From: Batkoa obscura
Taxonomy: Eukaryota
Length of the DNA: 64,000 nucleotides
NCBI GenBank assembly: GCA_030770535.1
Contig: JASVEC010000017.1
Coordinates: 62,001 to 126,000, forward strand
Direction of reading: 5' to 3'
Shown here: positions 12,133 to 25,639 of the stretch, piece after piece
How the letters are laid out: the number at the start of each line of letters is the position of its first letter
Numbering within the stretch: the stretch's first letter is position 1
Position numbers and translations under genes: made by a program
Notes under the pieces: generated by a model
Database searches by the model: none
What the model saw: only the letters and a program-made list of their open reading frames with translations
Told to the model about the DNA's origin: nothing

Positions 12133-13374
12133 TCAGTTAAAGTTTGGAAGCCAAGGAAAATTGGTAACCCTTGGCCAGTATCCACCGTATTGAGTGCTTC
12201 TAGAAGTTGCTGGTGTAGTAGAAGCCTTTGGCTCAGTGGGGACTTCTGATTTAGTAAAATCTTTTGGGTCAGCAGCGGCTCCTGGTGCGGAAGAAATACT
12301 TGGAGTAGAGCTTACATCTGGGGCATTTGATGATCTTGGGATGGAAGAAACTCCTGAAGTAGGAATTACACTTGAAGTTGTACTTACATCTGGGGTCGTA
12401 GAAGTTTCTGGGATAGCAGAGGCCCCTGAAGTAGTAAAAAGATCTAAAGTGGTAGATCCACTTGAGGTATTAGTTGCTTCTGAAGCGGCAGTTGTAGCTG
12501 AAGTAATTGTAGTATCAGTAATTGAAGTTAGCGCTTGAGTAGTAGAAACTTCCGGGGTAATAAATTCTCCTGGAATGGTAAAAACTGCTGAGGTATTGGC
12601 TTCTACTGAAGTGGAAGTTTCTTCAGAAGTAGAAATTGCACTTTGGGTAGAAGACACTTCTGAGATAGGAGCCACTCCTGGAGTAGTAGTTGCACTTGGG
12701 GGAGTAGAAGTAAGACGAGAAGTAGGTTTTAAAATACCAGCACTGATCAAAGAAGAAATAGCTTCTTGAGCAGGCTTAGGTAATAATCGTGCAGCCCAGT
12801 AACTGTTAGCTGAATTCAATGGTAAACAAATGTAGGGACTTGGTTTATTTTCTTCAGTTGTTACATTAGATACGTTGGGCATTGTGGAGGTAGGAACTAC
12901 ACTGCTACTTTGAGTAGAGGTGAATGTTACACTTTCACTTTGAGTTGAGTTAGGTGGAGCCCTGCTACTTTGTCCAGAAGTAGATGAAATGATGTCACTT
13001 TGAGTAGTAATAGATTCTACGCTTCTACTTTGGGTGGAGATAGGTGCTACACTTTCACTTTGAGTTGAGTTAGTTGCAGTACTGTTACTTTGTCCAGAAG
13101 TAGATAAAGTGCTACTACTTTGAGTGGAGATAGGTGCTACACTGTTACTTTGAATAGAAGCAGATGCTATAGTGCTAGTTTGAGCGTTCTGTGCGATGAC
13201 ATTACTTGGTAAATTTTGGGCAACTTGATCAGTTGATAAATTTTGAATAACTTCATTGTTTGGTAAGGCACCAGCTTGATTTATATCTCCAACTTGGTTA
13301 GTTATAGCTTGATCATTCAATGATTGAGCAATAATAACATTTAATAAGACTGCTAATGGAGCGTGATATTTCAT
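12133..13374 (-). CDS. Secreted Ser/Thr-rich mucin-like protein (413 aa)
   Basis: Signal peptide MKYHAPLAVLLNVIIAQ; STQS repeats; central YICLPLNSANSYWAARLLPKPAQEAISSLISAGILK; intronless. Confidence 0.88.
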   Translation of the reverse strand: MKYHAPLAVLLNVIIAQSLNDQAITNQVGDINQAGALPNNEVIQNLSTDQVAQNLPSNVIAQNAQTSTIASASIQSNSVAPISTQSSSTLSTSGQSNSTATNSTQSESVAPISTQSRSVESITTQSDIISSTSGQSSRAPPNSTQSESVTFTSTQSSSVVPTSTMPNVSNVTTEENKPSPYICLPLNSANSYWAARLLPKPAQEAISSLISAGILKPTSRLTSTPPSATTTPGVAPISEVSSTQSAISTSEETSTSVEANTSAVFTIPGEFITPEVSTTQALTSITDTTITSATTAASEATNTSSGSTTLDLFTTSGASAIPETSTTPDVSTTSSVIPTSGVSSIPRSSNAPDVSSTPSISSAPGAAADPKDFTKSEVPTEPKASTTPATSRSTQYGGYWPRVTNFPWLPNFN

Positions 13375-14318
13375 TTTTTAAGATAAATAGTAATAAATAT
13401 AAATGAATAATTGGTAAGTTTATAATCGATAGCTTCGATATACATGAGTATTTATACTGTTTTTTTAAGCTGAATATCAACATATTTATTAAAATGCAAA
13501 ATAGTAGCATTTTGCAATTATACCATTTTTGACATTTAATGATGCAATTTTATTTAGTTTCTTGACAATATTAATGCTAAATATTTATTTTTTATTAACA
13601 TTTAGTATATTTCTAGACTTTTCTTTCATCTTTCTGTATCACTTTAATAAAGCCTCCTCATTGTGATTTGATGTATTTTTTGAAAATTACGTGTCTAAAG
13701 CCTAAAGCAATGTTTATTATAGTAAATTAAGGCATTATTTTGGCTAGAAAATAAAAAATGTTGTTCCGAGATTAAATTATCTATTTATTGTTTGATGCAG
13801 TAATAAATATATACTTTACTAGATGTTCATTTGTATTATCTCATGTTTTATGCTATACACTATACTTTATATGTCATATATCTAATATTTATTTCTTATA
13901 CTGTAGATACATATATATTGTATATTTAATGTAAATATTTTACAGTATATTATATATCAAAATAAAAAAATTAGTTTAATTAAAGATGCTTATTGTTACC
14001 ATATTAATACAGAGCTGATTAAAATATAAAGCCTATTCTGTTTTAAGGCTTTTAAAGCTTTAAAGTACGATTTCATCATATAGGTGATAAAGTATATGTA
14101 ATGAGCACAATAGTAGCTAAATGCTTTCCAAGACTTTATGCTTTTGTCAAATCTTTACATAATAAAAGAGAATAAAAAAACAAATACCGTTACATAGAGG
14201 CTTTATGAAGTGTTAGATATTCAATTAAAAATTAAGTTGATTTACAAACCATCAAATAAATACTGTTTAAAGTTGTCCATGGGATTTGAGCAGATTTTAG
14301 CTCGATAAATTAAGATAA

Positions 14319-14411
14319 AGTGTTTTTTGGCTTCATCACTTTTTCCATCTTTTAAGCGCTATTTGAGTGGAAAAATTAGTAGTAAAACTATTAAACATAG
14401 TACTTCCCCAT
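14319..14411 (-). mobile_element. MITE-like family A, copy 2 (degenerate)
   Basis: gtgttttttggcttcatc...taagcgctattt...agtaaaa...cttcccca. Confidence 0.75.
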
Positions 14412-14537
14412 ATTTTTAGGACTAAATTATTGCTAAAATTGAATGAAAAACACAAACCATGAAAAATTCTATTCAATAGATAGAATTTTCTATGGTCCAA
14501 AAAATTAAAGAAAGCAGAAAAAAATAGCCAAAAGAAC

Positions 14538-14597
14538 AAAAAAAATAAAAAAAATAAAAAAAATAAAAAAAATAAAAAAAATAAAAAAAATAAAAAA
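14538..14597. repeat. (A8T)n tandem repeat
   Basis: Six copies with period 9. Confidence 0.85.
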
Positions 14598-14644
14598 CAA
14601 GCTAATGTTAAGTTAGAGTCGAGCTTTTATTGCTTTTTTGATTT

Positions 14645-15090
14645 AATCAAAGTTGGATAATGCTGCCTCTACCATCAAAGTGAAGATTTACGGACACAGG
14701 CCGGATATAGACCCACATTCCCTCCTGTGATAACATAAAAGATCACTCAACTATAAATCTTTTTACCTATTCGCTATTTAAACCTTCTTGATATTCCAGC
14801 ATGTATTATATTTTCCTGTGCACTTAAGTTTATCTAAAGTATTGAAGATATATACTTTTATCTTAATTTTTTCTATACCAACATTGTGACTAGTTTTTGA
14901 CTACCTATGCCTGGATCCTATATGCGGTCCACAAATACATTTAGTCTTTTAATATGCCTACATGTGTCTTTTCTATTATATATAGAATAACAAATAGCTA
15001 GAAGCAACAAATTTGATTTTACTAAAGCTCTCTCAACCACCAATAGAAGTGGATGGAATCTCTTGCATCATAGCCTCTATTGCTCATAAT
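14645..15090 (-). mobile_element. Possible heavily decayed non-LTR reverse transcriptase fragment
   Basis: Less AT-rich island. Across frameshifts the minus strand gives HPLLLVVERALVK, HIGSRHR*S, GIEK...YIFNTLDKL and LCP*IFTLMVEA, in the order of the RT motifs RPISLL, QxGFR, DxEKAFD and LSPLLF. Confidence 0.35.
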
Positions 15091-15211
15091 TTTCTTTATT
15101 TATTTATCAATAAGTCATCTATGAGTATTACTCTTTCAATTTTTTAGAATAGTATAATTTAAATAAACCTATTTTGTTCATTATTAAAATTAAAAACTAA
15201 AAGATAGTTTA

Positions 15212-15309
15212 AGGATGTTTTTTTTGGTTTCATTATTTTTTCCATCTTTTAAGCGCTATTTAACTGGAAAAATTGTTAGTAAAATTCTTAAACATAAAAA
15301 TACATCCCC
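15212..15309 (-). mobile_element. MITE-like family A, copy 3
   Basis: aggatgttttttttggtttcatt...taagcgctattt...gttagtaaaattcttaaac...tacatcccc. Confidence 0.8.
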
Positions 15310-15632
15310 GTTTAACCCTTTGAGTACCGAACATTCCAAAAATATTCTGTTTGATTAGATGAGAATTTTTGATCTGTCTTCTGATTATTGAAGGATTGTT
15401 TTTACTTAACTAGCTAATTTGACGACCATTGCTCGCTATAATTTTATCTTGATTTAAGATTATACGCAAGCAATGCTTGTCGTAAGTTTGCTCTATAAAA
15501 ATTTTACAACCATGAGTCATCTACAGTATCCAAGTGATTAAAGAAAACAATATAAAAAAAACTCAAATATTAAAGAAAATAACAAATAATACACTTTTAT
15601 TAATTTAACAACAAAATAGAATATTATTTTAT

Positions 15633-16925
15633 TTAATAGCCTTTCTTATTGCATTTGGATTTCAACTTTGGGAACTTATTTTGGTTAACAAGGGCTGCTT
15701 CAGATATGAAATTCTTATCTGAGTTTAAAACAGAAATAAACTGAGCAAACTGTCTTTCCAACTGACGTACCATAGATACATCATAGCCTAAAGTTAACAA
15801 AAATTCTTCTCTTTGTGGAATTGGTACTCTTAACTTATACTTATCACTACGATCATAAGCGGAAGGTGCATTGATACCATTCATGACATAATTGAGATTA
15901 TATTCTCTTAAATCTTGAGTTTCGTCGCATTCAACTTCAGTATAAGCATCGATTGGTTTAATCAAAGTCATTTGGTTTGCTTTATTAAATAACTCATTAA
16001 CATCATACCCGTTTCTACGTGTCAATTTGGCACTTTGGGTCCAAGAGTAATGATCTTCTGGGTAAGAATAACATAAATTATTTTCAGTGTCCATTACATC
16101 TCTTGTCGTAATATTAAATGAGTTTAATTTAGCATCTAAATTAGGGACTGTGTCATCAAAGGCATATTCTGTATCACGTTCTCCATTGCCTCTTTTTACC
16201 CAAGTATACCATAATTTGTCAACAAATGCATGATGAGAATAAAATAAAGGATCAGAAGGGGAACCATGGCCAGAGAAATCAGCACCAATACCGTTATGTA
16301 TTAAACCATGAGGACCAGCTTCAACACGATTCCAGAAAGTTTTGAAATCTTTTGAATTTAAGATCATGCCATTGATAACATCAGGACTCAACCAAGGAGT
16401 CATTTTTTTATCGATTTGATTAAAACTACGTTTTAATAAATGTACATTGTTACCACCGTACACTTTAAAATTAGCAAAACTTCCATCATCGATTTGATTG
16501 TTATTACTTGGTACTCCATTACCACCAAATCTTCTACTTGCAAATACAGGATCGTTTTCTGGGTTTTGAGAGTAATTAGTCCAATCCCAATATGGAATTA
16601 CTACACTGGAGTCAATATTTTGTAACTCTCTTTCAAGTACAAATAGGAAAGCACGATGCCAAGAAAAAAAGGAAGCTTTCGAATGAATAGACGAATAAAT
16701 GGATTGATGTAATTGACTTAATTTATCCCACTTAGTTGGTCTGGTGCCATTATTTAATTTATAAATAGCATTGACATAGTTATCCCATTGTTTTTGAGAT
16801 AAAGTATAGATACTTGGTCTTTGATGAACTCCGTTTTCACAATTTCCTACCCTCGTAGTGGCGTAAAATTCAGATTGAGAATAAGTTATATTTACAAGTA
16901 ATAACAACAACAAATACTTCAACAT
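15633..16925 (-). CDS. Secreted tyrosinase (type-3 di-copper protein)
   Basis: Signal peptide; CuA H...IHSKASFFSWHR; CuB PHGLIHNGIG...SPSDPLFYSHHAFVD; LCYSY motif; C-terminal extension. Confidence 0.93.
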   Translation of the reverse strand: MLKYLLLLLLVNITYSQSEFYATTRVGNCENGVHQRPSIYTLSQKQWDNYVNAIYKLNNGTRPTKWDKLSQLHQSIYSSIHSKASFFSWHRAFLFVLERELQNIDSSVVIPYWDWTNYSQNPENDPVFASRRFGGNGVPSNNNQIDDGSFANFKVYGGNNVHLLKRSFNQIDKKMTPWLSPDVINGMILNSKDFKTFWNRVEAGPHGLIHNGIGADFSGHGSPSDPLFYSHHAFVDKLWYTWVKRGNGERDTEYAFDDTVPNLDAKLNSFNITTRDVMDTENNLCYSYPEDHYSWTQSAKLTRRNGYDVNELFNKANQMTLIKPIDAYTEVECDETQDLREYNLNYVMNGINAPSAYDRSDKYKLRVPIPQREEFLLTLGYDVSMVRQLERQFAQFISVLNSDKNFISEAALVNQNKFPKLKSKCNKKGY

Positions 16926-18857
16926 GGTTCAATTAATTATTAGATAGATGAATGGATAGTATTAAATAACTTAATAACCACAATTAATTTTTAATAAGCA
17001 AAAAAATTAACTTTTTTTATACACTTTATTTATTGTTTATATATTTTACTGTTACCCCGTTCCTTTTAAAAATCCTCCAATAAAAGTATGAATATATTAT
17101 TAGATTATTTTATATTTTAATATTCGTTTCTATATTTATTTATTTGGTTCTTAAAGTATTAAATTCAAGCTAATCTATCACATTCTTTTTTTTATTGCCC
17201 CTTAATAGTTATAAGTTACTGACAATACTGGATTTCAATAAAAATAACTCACCTCTAATTAAAATAGACAGAGATGACTTCATGACTTTAATTACCCCAG
17301 AATCTACAATTTTTATTCGCTATAAAATTTAAAAAGTGTATAAGCATTATAATCCGCTAAATTTTTGAGTGGTGTTATTTACCTTTAATTACCTAAATCT
17401 ATTTAGAGAGTGATATTTCAATTTATCAAATGATTAGCTCCTACTAAATAATAGTAATTAGTTTTATTATATTTATTATATTTATTATGTTTATTATATT
17501 TATTATATTTATTATATTGCATATTTTATAATTTTTAATAAGCATTATTAAAATTAAGTTTACCATCCGTTTGGTCATTAAATAAATAATATGTTTAAAT
17601 ATTCTAAATTTAGTAAATAGTGAATAAACTTTGGTTGAATTCATTTTATTTTTTATTCTATTTAATTCGTTTTCATAAAGCGTTCTCTTCTTTAAATTTC
17701 ATCACCACCTTATTTCATATAACAGATTTCTTGGAACTTTTATTTTTGTTTTTAATATCTGGTCCAAAATTTTTAATATTAAATATTCCTCCCATTTTTT
17801 AATAAAAATTCATCTATTTTTAACTTTTATTGTAATTTTTACTTATTTGTTAATTTTGGCTATTAACTTAATAGCATTCTGTTTACTCTAATACCTCTGT
17901 AAATTATTAATTTATTAGTTATTTATTTTTTATATTATTTGATAACAATTTACTATTTTTATATAACCTTAGCTGACTTCTTTTAAATATAATATCGCTT
18001 AAAGGAGGTTATTTTATTATATTCTTATTTTACATCAAAATCGTAAAAATAAGATTCCTTTTAATAATATAATGTTATATTGAAAACGGAAATAGAAATT
18101 ATGGTAACTTAGTATGCATGCTCATTAACTTCAAACAAAGTTAACGAATGTGATTAAAATTATATCACTCTGTCAAAAATAGTTTTAGTATTAACTTTTT
18201 ATATAATTAAATATATGCTAAACATAACTTTCATTTTAGTTAATACTAGATACTTTTATAAATAACTCTTTTCCTTTATTTAACAACATCTATTTTTATT
18301 TATTAACTTTGATCAATGTATCATTATACCAGACTGTTTATTAATTCCTATTATTTTTACTTTTGTACTACACTTCTTGGTATCTAAAATGCGGAGTAAT
18401 ATTTGGGCCAATTAAAGCCAAGGTTCAACTTTATTGTGATTTACGAAGTGATAACTTGGTATTATACACATCCAGCATTAGTTGAAAAATAGTGACTTTA
18501 ATTAGCTTTAAAAAAAAAATAAAAAAAACTATATAGCCTTTTACCAACTAATTTTTTTGAACCTATTATTATAATCTAGTAAAACACTTGTCCTCAAAAG
18601 TTTAAAATTTTCAAAAAAATTATGTAGTTTATTAAAATTTAAACATACTGGATAAACTTTCAGATAATTATCAGGTTATTTTATACACTTTTTTTATTCC
18701 TTGATGGGAAGTATACTGCAAACCTCGTGATCAGATGATCTTACAGTAACTGTTCCTAGTCAATCTTCTTAGAATGATTATACTTTCCTCACCTATAAAA
18801 CTTTGTTAAATTTCTTTTCTTGAGTTAAAGTCATTGGTTAATATTTTGAAATATAAC

Positions 18858-19037
18858 AAAATACGAAAAATAGTCATAATTAATCTATTTAATTAATACA
18901 GCTCATACTTTGTAAAAACAATAGTGACTTATTGAATTTAAAGAAAAAGTGAATCTTTACACTTGATTAGTTACTATTTTTACAAAATATGAGCTGTATT
19001 AATTAAATAGGTTAATTATGACTATTTTTCGTATTTT
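18858..19037. mobile_element. 180-bp foldback / MITE-like element with ~62-bp inverted arms
   Basis: aaaatacgaaaaatagtcataattaatctatttaattaatacagctcatactttgtaaaaa matches the reverse complement of the right arm with 2 mismatches. Confidence 0.75.
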
Positions 19038-20381
19038 AGTATGCGTTTTTGAAAAAACTGAGTTATGAACAAAGGCAATCATGTTTTTTATGACTTTTGA
19101 TATTTATTAAATTTTAAGCGCCATAATAAATGGACAAAATATTAAATTAATTTTTTTAAACTTCATTATTAAATTTTTGATATACCTGGTTATAAATATC
19201 TGGTCATTTAAGTATAATAATATTGACTATAAGGCTTCACATCGCTTCTTTAAATACTTATACAGTCAATATTTCTACGAGCCATACACAGCTACCTCTC
19301 TTAAAGACTCCTCATCTCACACATAGTCATGGACTTTTAATTTTAATTTTATATGGGAACTTTTATTTAACTTTAGCTTCTACATACAGTTCCCATTTGC
19401 AGTTTCAGTGGTTGTATTTTGTACTGAATTTTCTATCACCTCAACTTCAAAACAACAAGAGAGCTCCTATTTAATAAAAGCGCTCTTCTTTGAATGGAAA
19501 GCTTTTGTATTGACCAATAGTAGATGTGGGCTAATTGTTGCTCCCAAGTTCAATAAAGGTTCAAGTTGTTCAAGTTGTTCAAGTTCCATTAAACCTCCCC
19601 TTGAGGCTCTCAAACTCCACTCCTTGATAGAGCTTATTTAGTTTTCCTTTTTTTTGAAATAAAATCACTGCTATCCCCTATAGTTGAAGTATTTTAAAAA
19701 ATATATGAAATTTAATATCGGAATAAATAGCAGTAATTGTAAATTTATACTTATAAATATTAGGACTAACCTGTCTAGAATAATTTTACAAAATTTATAG
19801 TATAATATAAACTGAATAAACTTAATAGTGCTATATAAAAGCAATTATAATTTTTTAGTTTCAAAAAAAACAATTATGTTAGTTAGTTATTTTAATCGTT
19901 TCAAAGGCAAAATACTTTAATTTTTCTAAAATAAAATAGAATAAAATATTTGAAATAAATTAATATAATGTTTTATTAAAAGTTATATAGTCGTAAATTA
20001 TAAGCATTAGTCTATAATTAAAACTATAGTATCATTTAAAAAATTATTTATAAAAAAGTAAAAATACTAATAATTTAATTTAAAACTAAAAAACAAAACA
20101 AAACAAAATTGAAATCGAAAATAAAACTCATTATTTATTTTATAAAACTATAAAATAAGTAATAAAAAAATAGATTTATATAGTAATGGAATTTGTTAGC
20201 TACTATAAGAATTTTATAAATAGTTTTAACGCTTTGTTATATTTAAAACTCATACAGTTGAACTATAGTATACATAAATTTCACTTTAAAATAAAATTAT
20301 TTTATATATACTTTATAATAAAGCATAACAATTGCACATTAAAACACAATCAAAATAATAAGAATAGAATTTACTCAACTT

Positions 20382-21635
20382 TTATTCCAAAGATTCCAAA
20401 ACTGGGTTCATAAATTGGGGTATTATAAACTTCAATTTAACTTTGATATCCTTCTCATTTCCACGAATTATAGCCTCCAATTCATTTTCATTTTGTTTAG
20501 GTACATGATTTAATCGAAATAATACTATTAATTGATTTTGATTTTGATACATAATTTTACCCATCGATTTTTTACTTGTTTCTGATAAAAAGATATCAAA
20601 ATTTATTAAATCCAAATGACTGTATAAAAAAAGAGTTATTGATATAAATAAAAAATTATTAAAACACTTACCTTATTTCTTGTTCCAATACCTTGATTGA
20701 AAATAATCGTTTTCTAATGACCCCTTTATGATGCGTTCGAATAGTTAATTCTTGGCCAATATAGCATCCTTTTCTAAAATGAACTCCATTTAGTAACTCT
20801 AAATTACTTTCCATGGGTAAGGAAGTCATGGGTAATATGCCAAGGTTAGTCTCTGCTATACCATTAGTCAATAATTTTAATTTGTATGATTCATAATCTT
20901 GTAATTTAATTGAATGCTTTTTTTTATATGCTTCAAAACCTAAAGTAATATATTATAGTTAATTATTTTTATTTTATTTTATTTTAATACTATACTTTTA
21001 AAAAATTACCTTTTTCTCCTTTAGGTATTATACACCTTTTGCCCATTAATTTTAGCCTTGGATCTTCATTAATAATACATTCATCACTTATTTCACTTTC
21101 TATTTTGTTTTCCTCAGATAATTGAAATAAATCAAACTCATTTGAAACTTCTTTGATATGCACTTTAGCAATTAATTTATACTTTTTTAAATGCGATAAT
21201 ATACTCTCTTTTTGTTCCATTGGATAATCCATAAAAAAAGATGGATTTGAATCATCATTATTTTTGTTTTGATAAATAAAACTATCAAACATTACTCGAC
21301 CCTGGAAAAAAATAAAGAGTCAATTAAATATTTATCTATTAAAACTGATTGAAAATCGATTTTACCTGTGGTGTTAAAAACGCATTATATTGACAGTTAG
21401 GTGTATTTTTTTCATTTAATGTCACTAAATTTGTACTCATTCCATTTAAAAATTTAATACTATCGGGACCTTGGATGCTCAATAGACCTCGACCTAAGTT
21501 GAGCGGAATTAGCTCATTCCTTTCATGCTTGGAGATATAGTTTCTGGTTATCGATGTGTTTATAGAATTACAAATGTATTTGGTTAAACGGGTTGTGGTT
21601 AGATTAGTGTTAAAATTAAGGTATTGTTTTAACAT
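20382..21635 (-). CDS. IBA57: Mitochondrial Fe-S assembly factor Iba57/Caf17 (YgfZ/GcvT family), 4 exons
   Basis: RGLLSIQGPDSIKFLNG, AFLTPQ|GRVMFD, EDPRL, signature KGCYIGQELTIRTHHKGVIRKR. Confidence 0.92.
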
Positions 21636-21965
21636 TTCGATTTATTAGATATCCAGCTTATTGTATTTAAATTTTGTTTATTATGCTTGTTATATCAATT
21701 CAATAATAAAAGTTTGTGGTTGGATTTATTTTGTATTATTATAATCTAACTAAATATATTGTATGTTTTTTGTTAGTTGTAAAAATGGATTAATTTAATC
21801 CTATTTTTAAAGTATTAATTATTTCAATGCACTTGTCATCAAATTTTAAAAAAGATCCCATGAAATTTTAATTTGTTGCAAAAGAATTTTACAAAAATTC
21901 ATCATACAAAAAAAATTAACTCAATATTTACTAGCTGACATTATTTTTTTAAGAAGCAGATAAAA

Positions 21966-24805
21966 ATGGGAGATTCAACCACAATGACAATCCAAAGTGA
22001 ATTTCAATCTTTGTTACAATTACAAAAAAGCTTACCTTTAGAAACTATATTAAACAATAATTTACACTGTCATATTAGTACACTTCCTCACTATGATTTA
22101 TATTATTATAATAAGCTCCCAGATGTAATTCAATCTTACTTAAAAGATAACAATTATCGTTCAGGATTTTTAAAACCATGGAATCAAATTTATTATATTA
22201 TTAATAATTTATTATTTCTATGGGATTTTACTAATAACAATATTCAACAGATAGATATGCAATATAATATAGTTGCTTGCGAAGTTATTTTTTCAAAGCC
22301 AAACTGTTTTGATAAAGAGATTAAAGAAGTACTTTTAATAGCTAATGAAAATGAAATTGGATTATTTAATAGAGTAAAAGATGAAAATAATCAATATCAA
22401 TTATTCAAAAGTAAATATTTTGTTAATGGTCAATTTAATCAACAATTTCAAGTCACTAGTAGTAAATCTGGTAGAGTATTTTTAAGTTGTGGAGATAATG
22501 TAATGGAATTAGATTATCAATTACAAGATAGCCTTTTTTATAATAGTTGTCGATTAATTAAATTAGAATGGGATTTATTTGGCTTAACTCAATTATTTTA
22601 TAATACTAAAAAAGAGAGTTATATTATTAAATTGATAGTGGATAATGAAAGAAATATATTCTATTCACTTAACCAAGAAGGCGTTGTTACTATTGTTAAT
22701 ATTTTTAAAGGACAATTTAATATAATTGGTAAGGTTAATGTTAAAGAAAAAGCAAAGGAATTCATCTTTCATGACGGAGTTTATAACGTTATGGATATCC
22801 AACTTATTTCAATAAAAGAATCAAATGTTATTAAATTATTAGTTATAGATAATTTAGCTAATCATCTTTATTTTGCGTCCTCAATAGAAAATGATAATTC
22901 ATTAACAAATTTATCAGTATATTATGCGTTCAATAATAATAATTTTAATAACAATGATATTGTCAATAATGTTAATTATTATAATCGTGGTTTTTATTTA
23001 CATAGTTTTTATAATAATAATAATAATGAAACTGAGGTTTATTTACAATATATGGATAGAACAGAAGGACTAATCAATCATACAACTAGTTTAATTCAAA
23101 ATAAATTAAAATTAAAGGGAAAAGTATTAGATATTATAGAATGGGATATTAATTTTAATCAAAAATTAAATATTTATAATCAACAAAGTATATCTTTAGA
23201 ATTAGAAGAAAGTTTAAATCAATGTTATTCAGTTAATAGAAATTTCATAATATTAACAAAAGAAAACATTTATATTATAAATAAATTAAGGCCCATCGAT
23301 CAATTACAATATATTTATAAATCTATTTATAATGAATCAAAAGATTATTTAAAATTAAAAAATACAATGGAAGAGTTTAATAATAATATCCAGTTATTTA
23401 TTCAATTATATGGAAAACAATTTACAATTTATTGCTTATTATTATTATCTTCAAAAAATAATTTTATTATTCAAAGAAATACTTTTAATTACAACGTATT
23501 TAATTATTTAGGTTCAACTCCTTCTTCTTATAAATTAATTAGACAATACAATCAAACAATTAATGAATTAACTAAAGAAGATAATGAACTATTAGTTAAG
23601 GGTTATTTATTATTATTAATTAATATAATTCAACCAATTTATAAAAATAATGGTATTAAAGTAAAATATATTGAAGGGGGAAATAATATTAATATATTTT
23701 TTAATATTGATTTAAAATGTTTAGAATTTATTAAATTAATATTAGAATCTATATTAGAATCATCCAGTCATCTAAATCAACAAGAAGAACAGTCTCAACA
23801 ATTGGCGGATATTTTTAAATTATTTAAAAAAGCATTGAGTATTATTCATTTCTTTATTTCATTTCAACAATTTAATGTATTAAATTTAATATCAAAACAA
23901 TCAGAAATAATAATTGATAATTTTAATCAATTGTCATTTAAAAATTTATTCAATTATAATGAAAAATCAATTAATTTAATTCAGGACATTTATTTATTAT
24001 TTTTAATTAATAATAACGAATTAAATATACAAGTAGGTTATAGTTTATTATATTATACAATTTAATTTAAATTTATTTATTTATACGTTTTTAATAGAAA
24101 GAGAAACTTATTGATTATTATACAAAAAATTGTTTACATTTAGTAGATATTAATCAAGTAATTGTTACTCAGGTAAATTAATATACATATATAGAATAAT
24201 ATTTATTTATTTGTTTATCTTATTAGGCACATAATAAATTATCAAATATTAATAGTAATATGATAAGTAATGAAATAAGATACTCAATGAAAGACGTAAT
24301 TGAATTAATTAATTATTTAATTGAACCGGTTAGTTATCAACAATTATTACAATTAAGTGAAAAATTAAGTCAATTAGGTTATCTTTGGGAAGCTTTATTA
24401 TTATGCTGTAAGAATATTAATCGGACAGATAATGAAATAATAGAACAAATTCAATTAATGGAAATTTTATTAAATTATTTAAAACCAGAGTTTAACAACT
24501 ACAAATTAGAATTAAATAGTAAAAGTAGTGAAAATAAAACAACAGATAATATAATCAATTATTTAGATAAATTATTATTATGTGGTAATAAATCAACATT
24601 TTATTCAAGTATTATTAACTGGTTTAATAATAATAATTTATTAAATATATTATTAAATTGTCAATCTAAATCATTTTTAATTTATTTAAAATACTCTAAT
24701 GAAATTCAATATCAATTGATTTATTGTGAATATTTAATGATCCATTATCAATTTAATGAAGCTAGTTTTAAATTATTTAATACTGCTAAAATAGAAAGGT
24801 AAATA

Positions 24806-24837
<32 letters not shown>

Positions 24838-25639
24838 CATTTTATAATTTTATAATTTTATAGTGGAAAATTAAATTTAGATGATCGACTAAGTTTATTA
24901 TTAAAAGCCAAGTTAGTTACAATCTATAATACTAATTTTAAATCAGAATCAATAAGGAAAAATCATTTAAAATTAATTGATGATAATATCATGTCAACTA
25001 AATTACAATTGTTTATGATTGAAGAATCTAAACTATATTTCAAATATAATATTATTTCAAATCAATTAAAATTTAATACAATTGAAAGTATTAATGAGGT
25101 AAAAAATAATATTATAAATTAAGATATTAATATTGAAATATTATTAATAATATTCTTATATTTAGAATATCACTATAATTGAAGAAAAATCATTATATTT
25201 ATCAAAGATATATCATTTATATTTAAAAAAAGAATTAATGAATTTAAAATCACTTGAACAAAAATTACATTCCTTTATAATTAATAGTAAGTTTTAATTC
25301 AACTCAAATTTATTTTATCGAAATTAATTATTATTATTAATTTTAGTATCTCAAAAATTACCTCGTGAAAAAGTAATTGAATTGTTATCTTCTGCTTTTC
25401 TATTATTAAGGAAGTATGCTTTTCAATCCAATCATTTACCTTCTTTAAGTAAGTTATTATTTATTTAATATTAATTCATTTCGTTTTATTGACTTTTATT
25501 TTTTATTATTTTAGAATCTTATTGGAGTATATTAACTACATTGCCAAATAGAGAACAAATTAATTTTACAGATTTAGTAATTAAGCAATTTCTTCAACTT
25601 CTTGGCTTCGATATAATAGAAATTCAAGCATTGAATTAA
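21966..25639 (+). CDS. Nup155/Nup170-like nucleoporin, paralog A (~1098 aa, shorter C-terminus)
   Basis: Exons 21966-24032, 24098-24172, 24227-24798, 24864-25098, 25166-25286, 25347-25448, 25515-25639 splice in frame. Motifs GFLKPWNQIYYIINNLLFLWDF, SKSGRVF, YQLQDSLF, VDNERNIFYSL, KLRPIDQL, LNLDDRLSLLLKA. Confidence 0.75.

Noticed and set aside
19223..19680. Short + strand ORFs; minus strand faintly resembles an APE endonuclease (RGIAVIL, HDYV*, SDVKP)
   Set aside because: Too degenerate to support without a profile search; probably a transposon relic rather than a gene.
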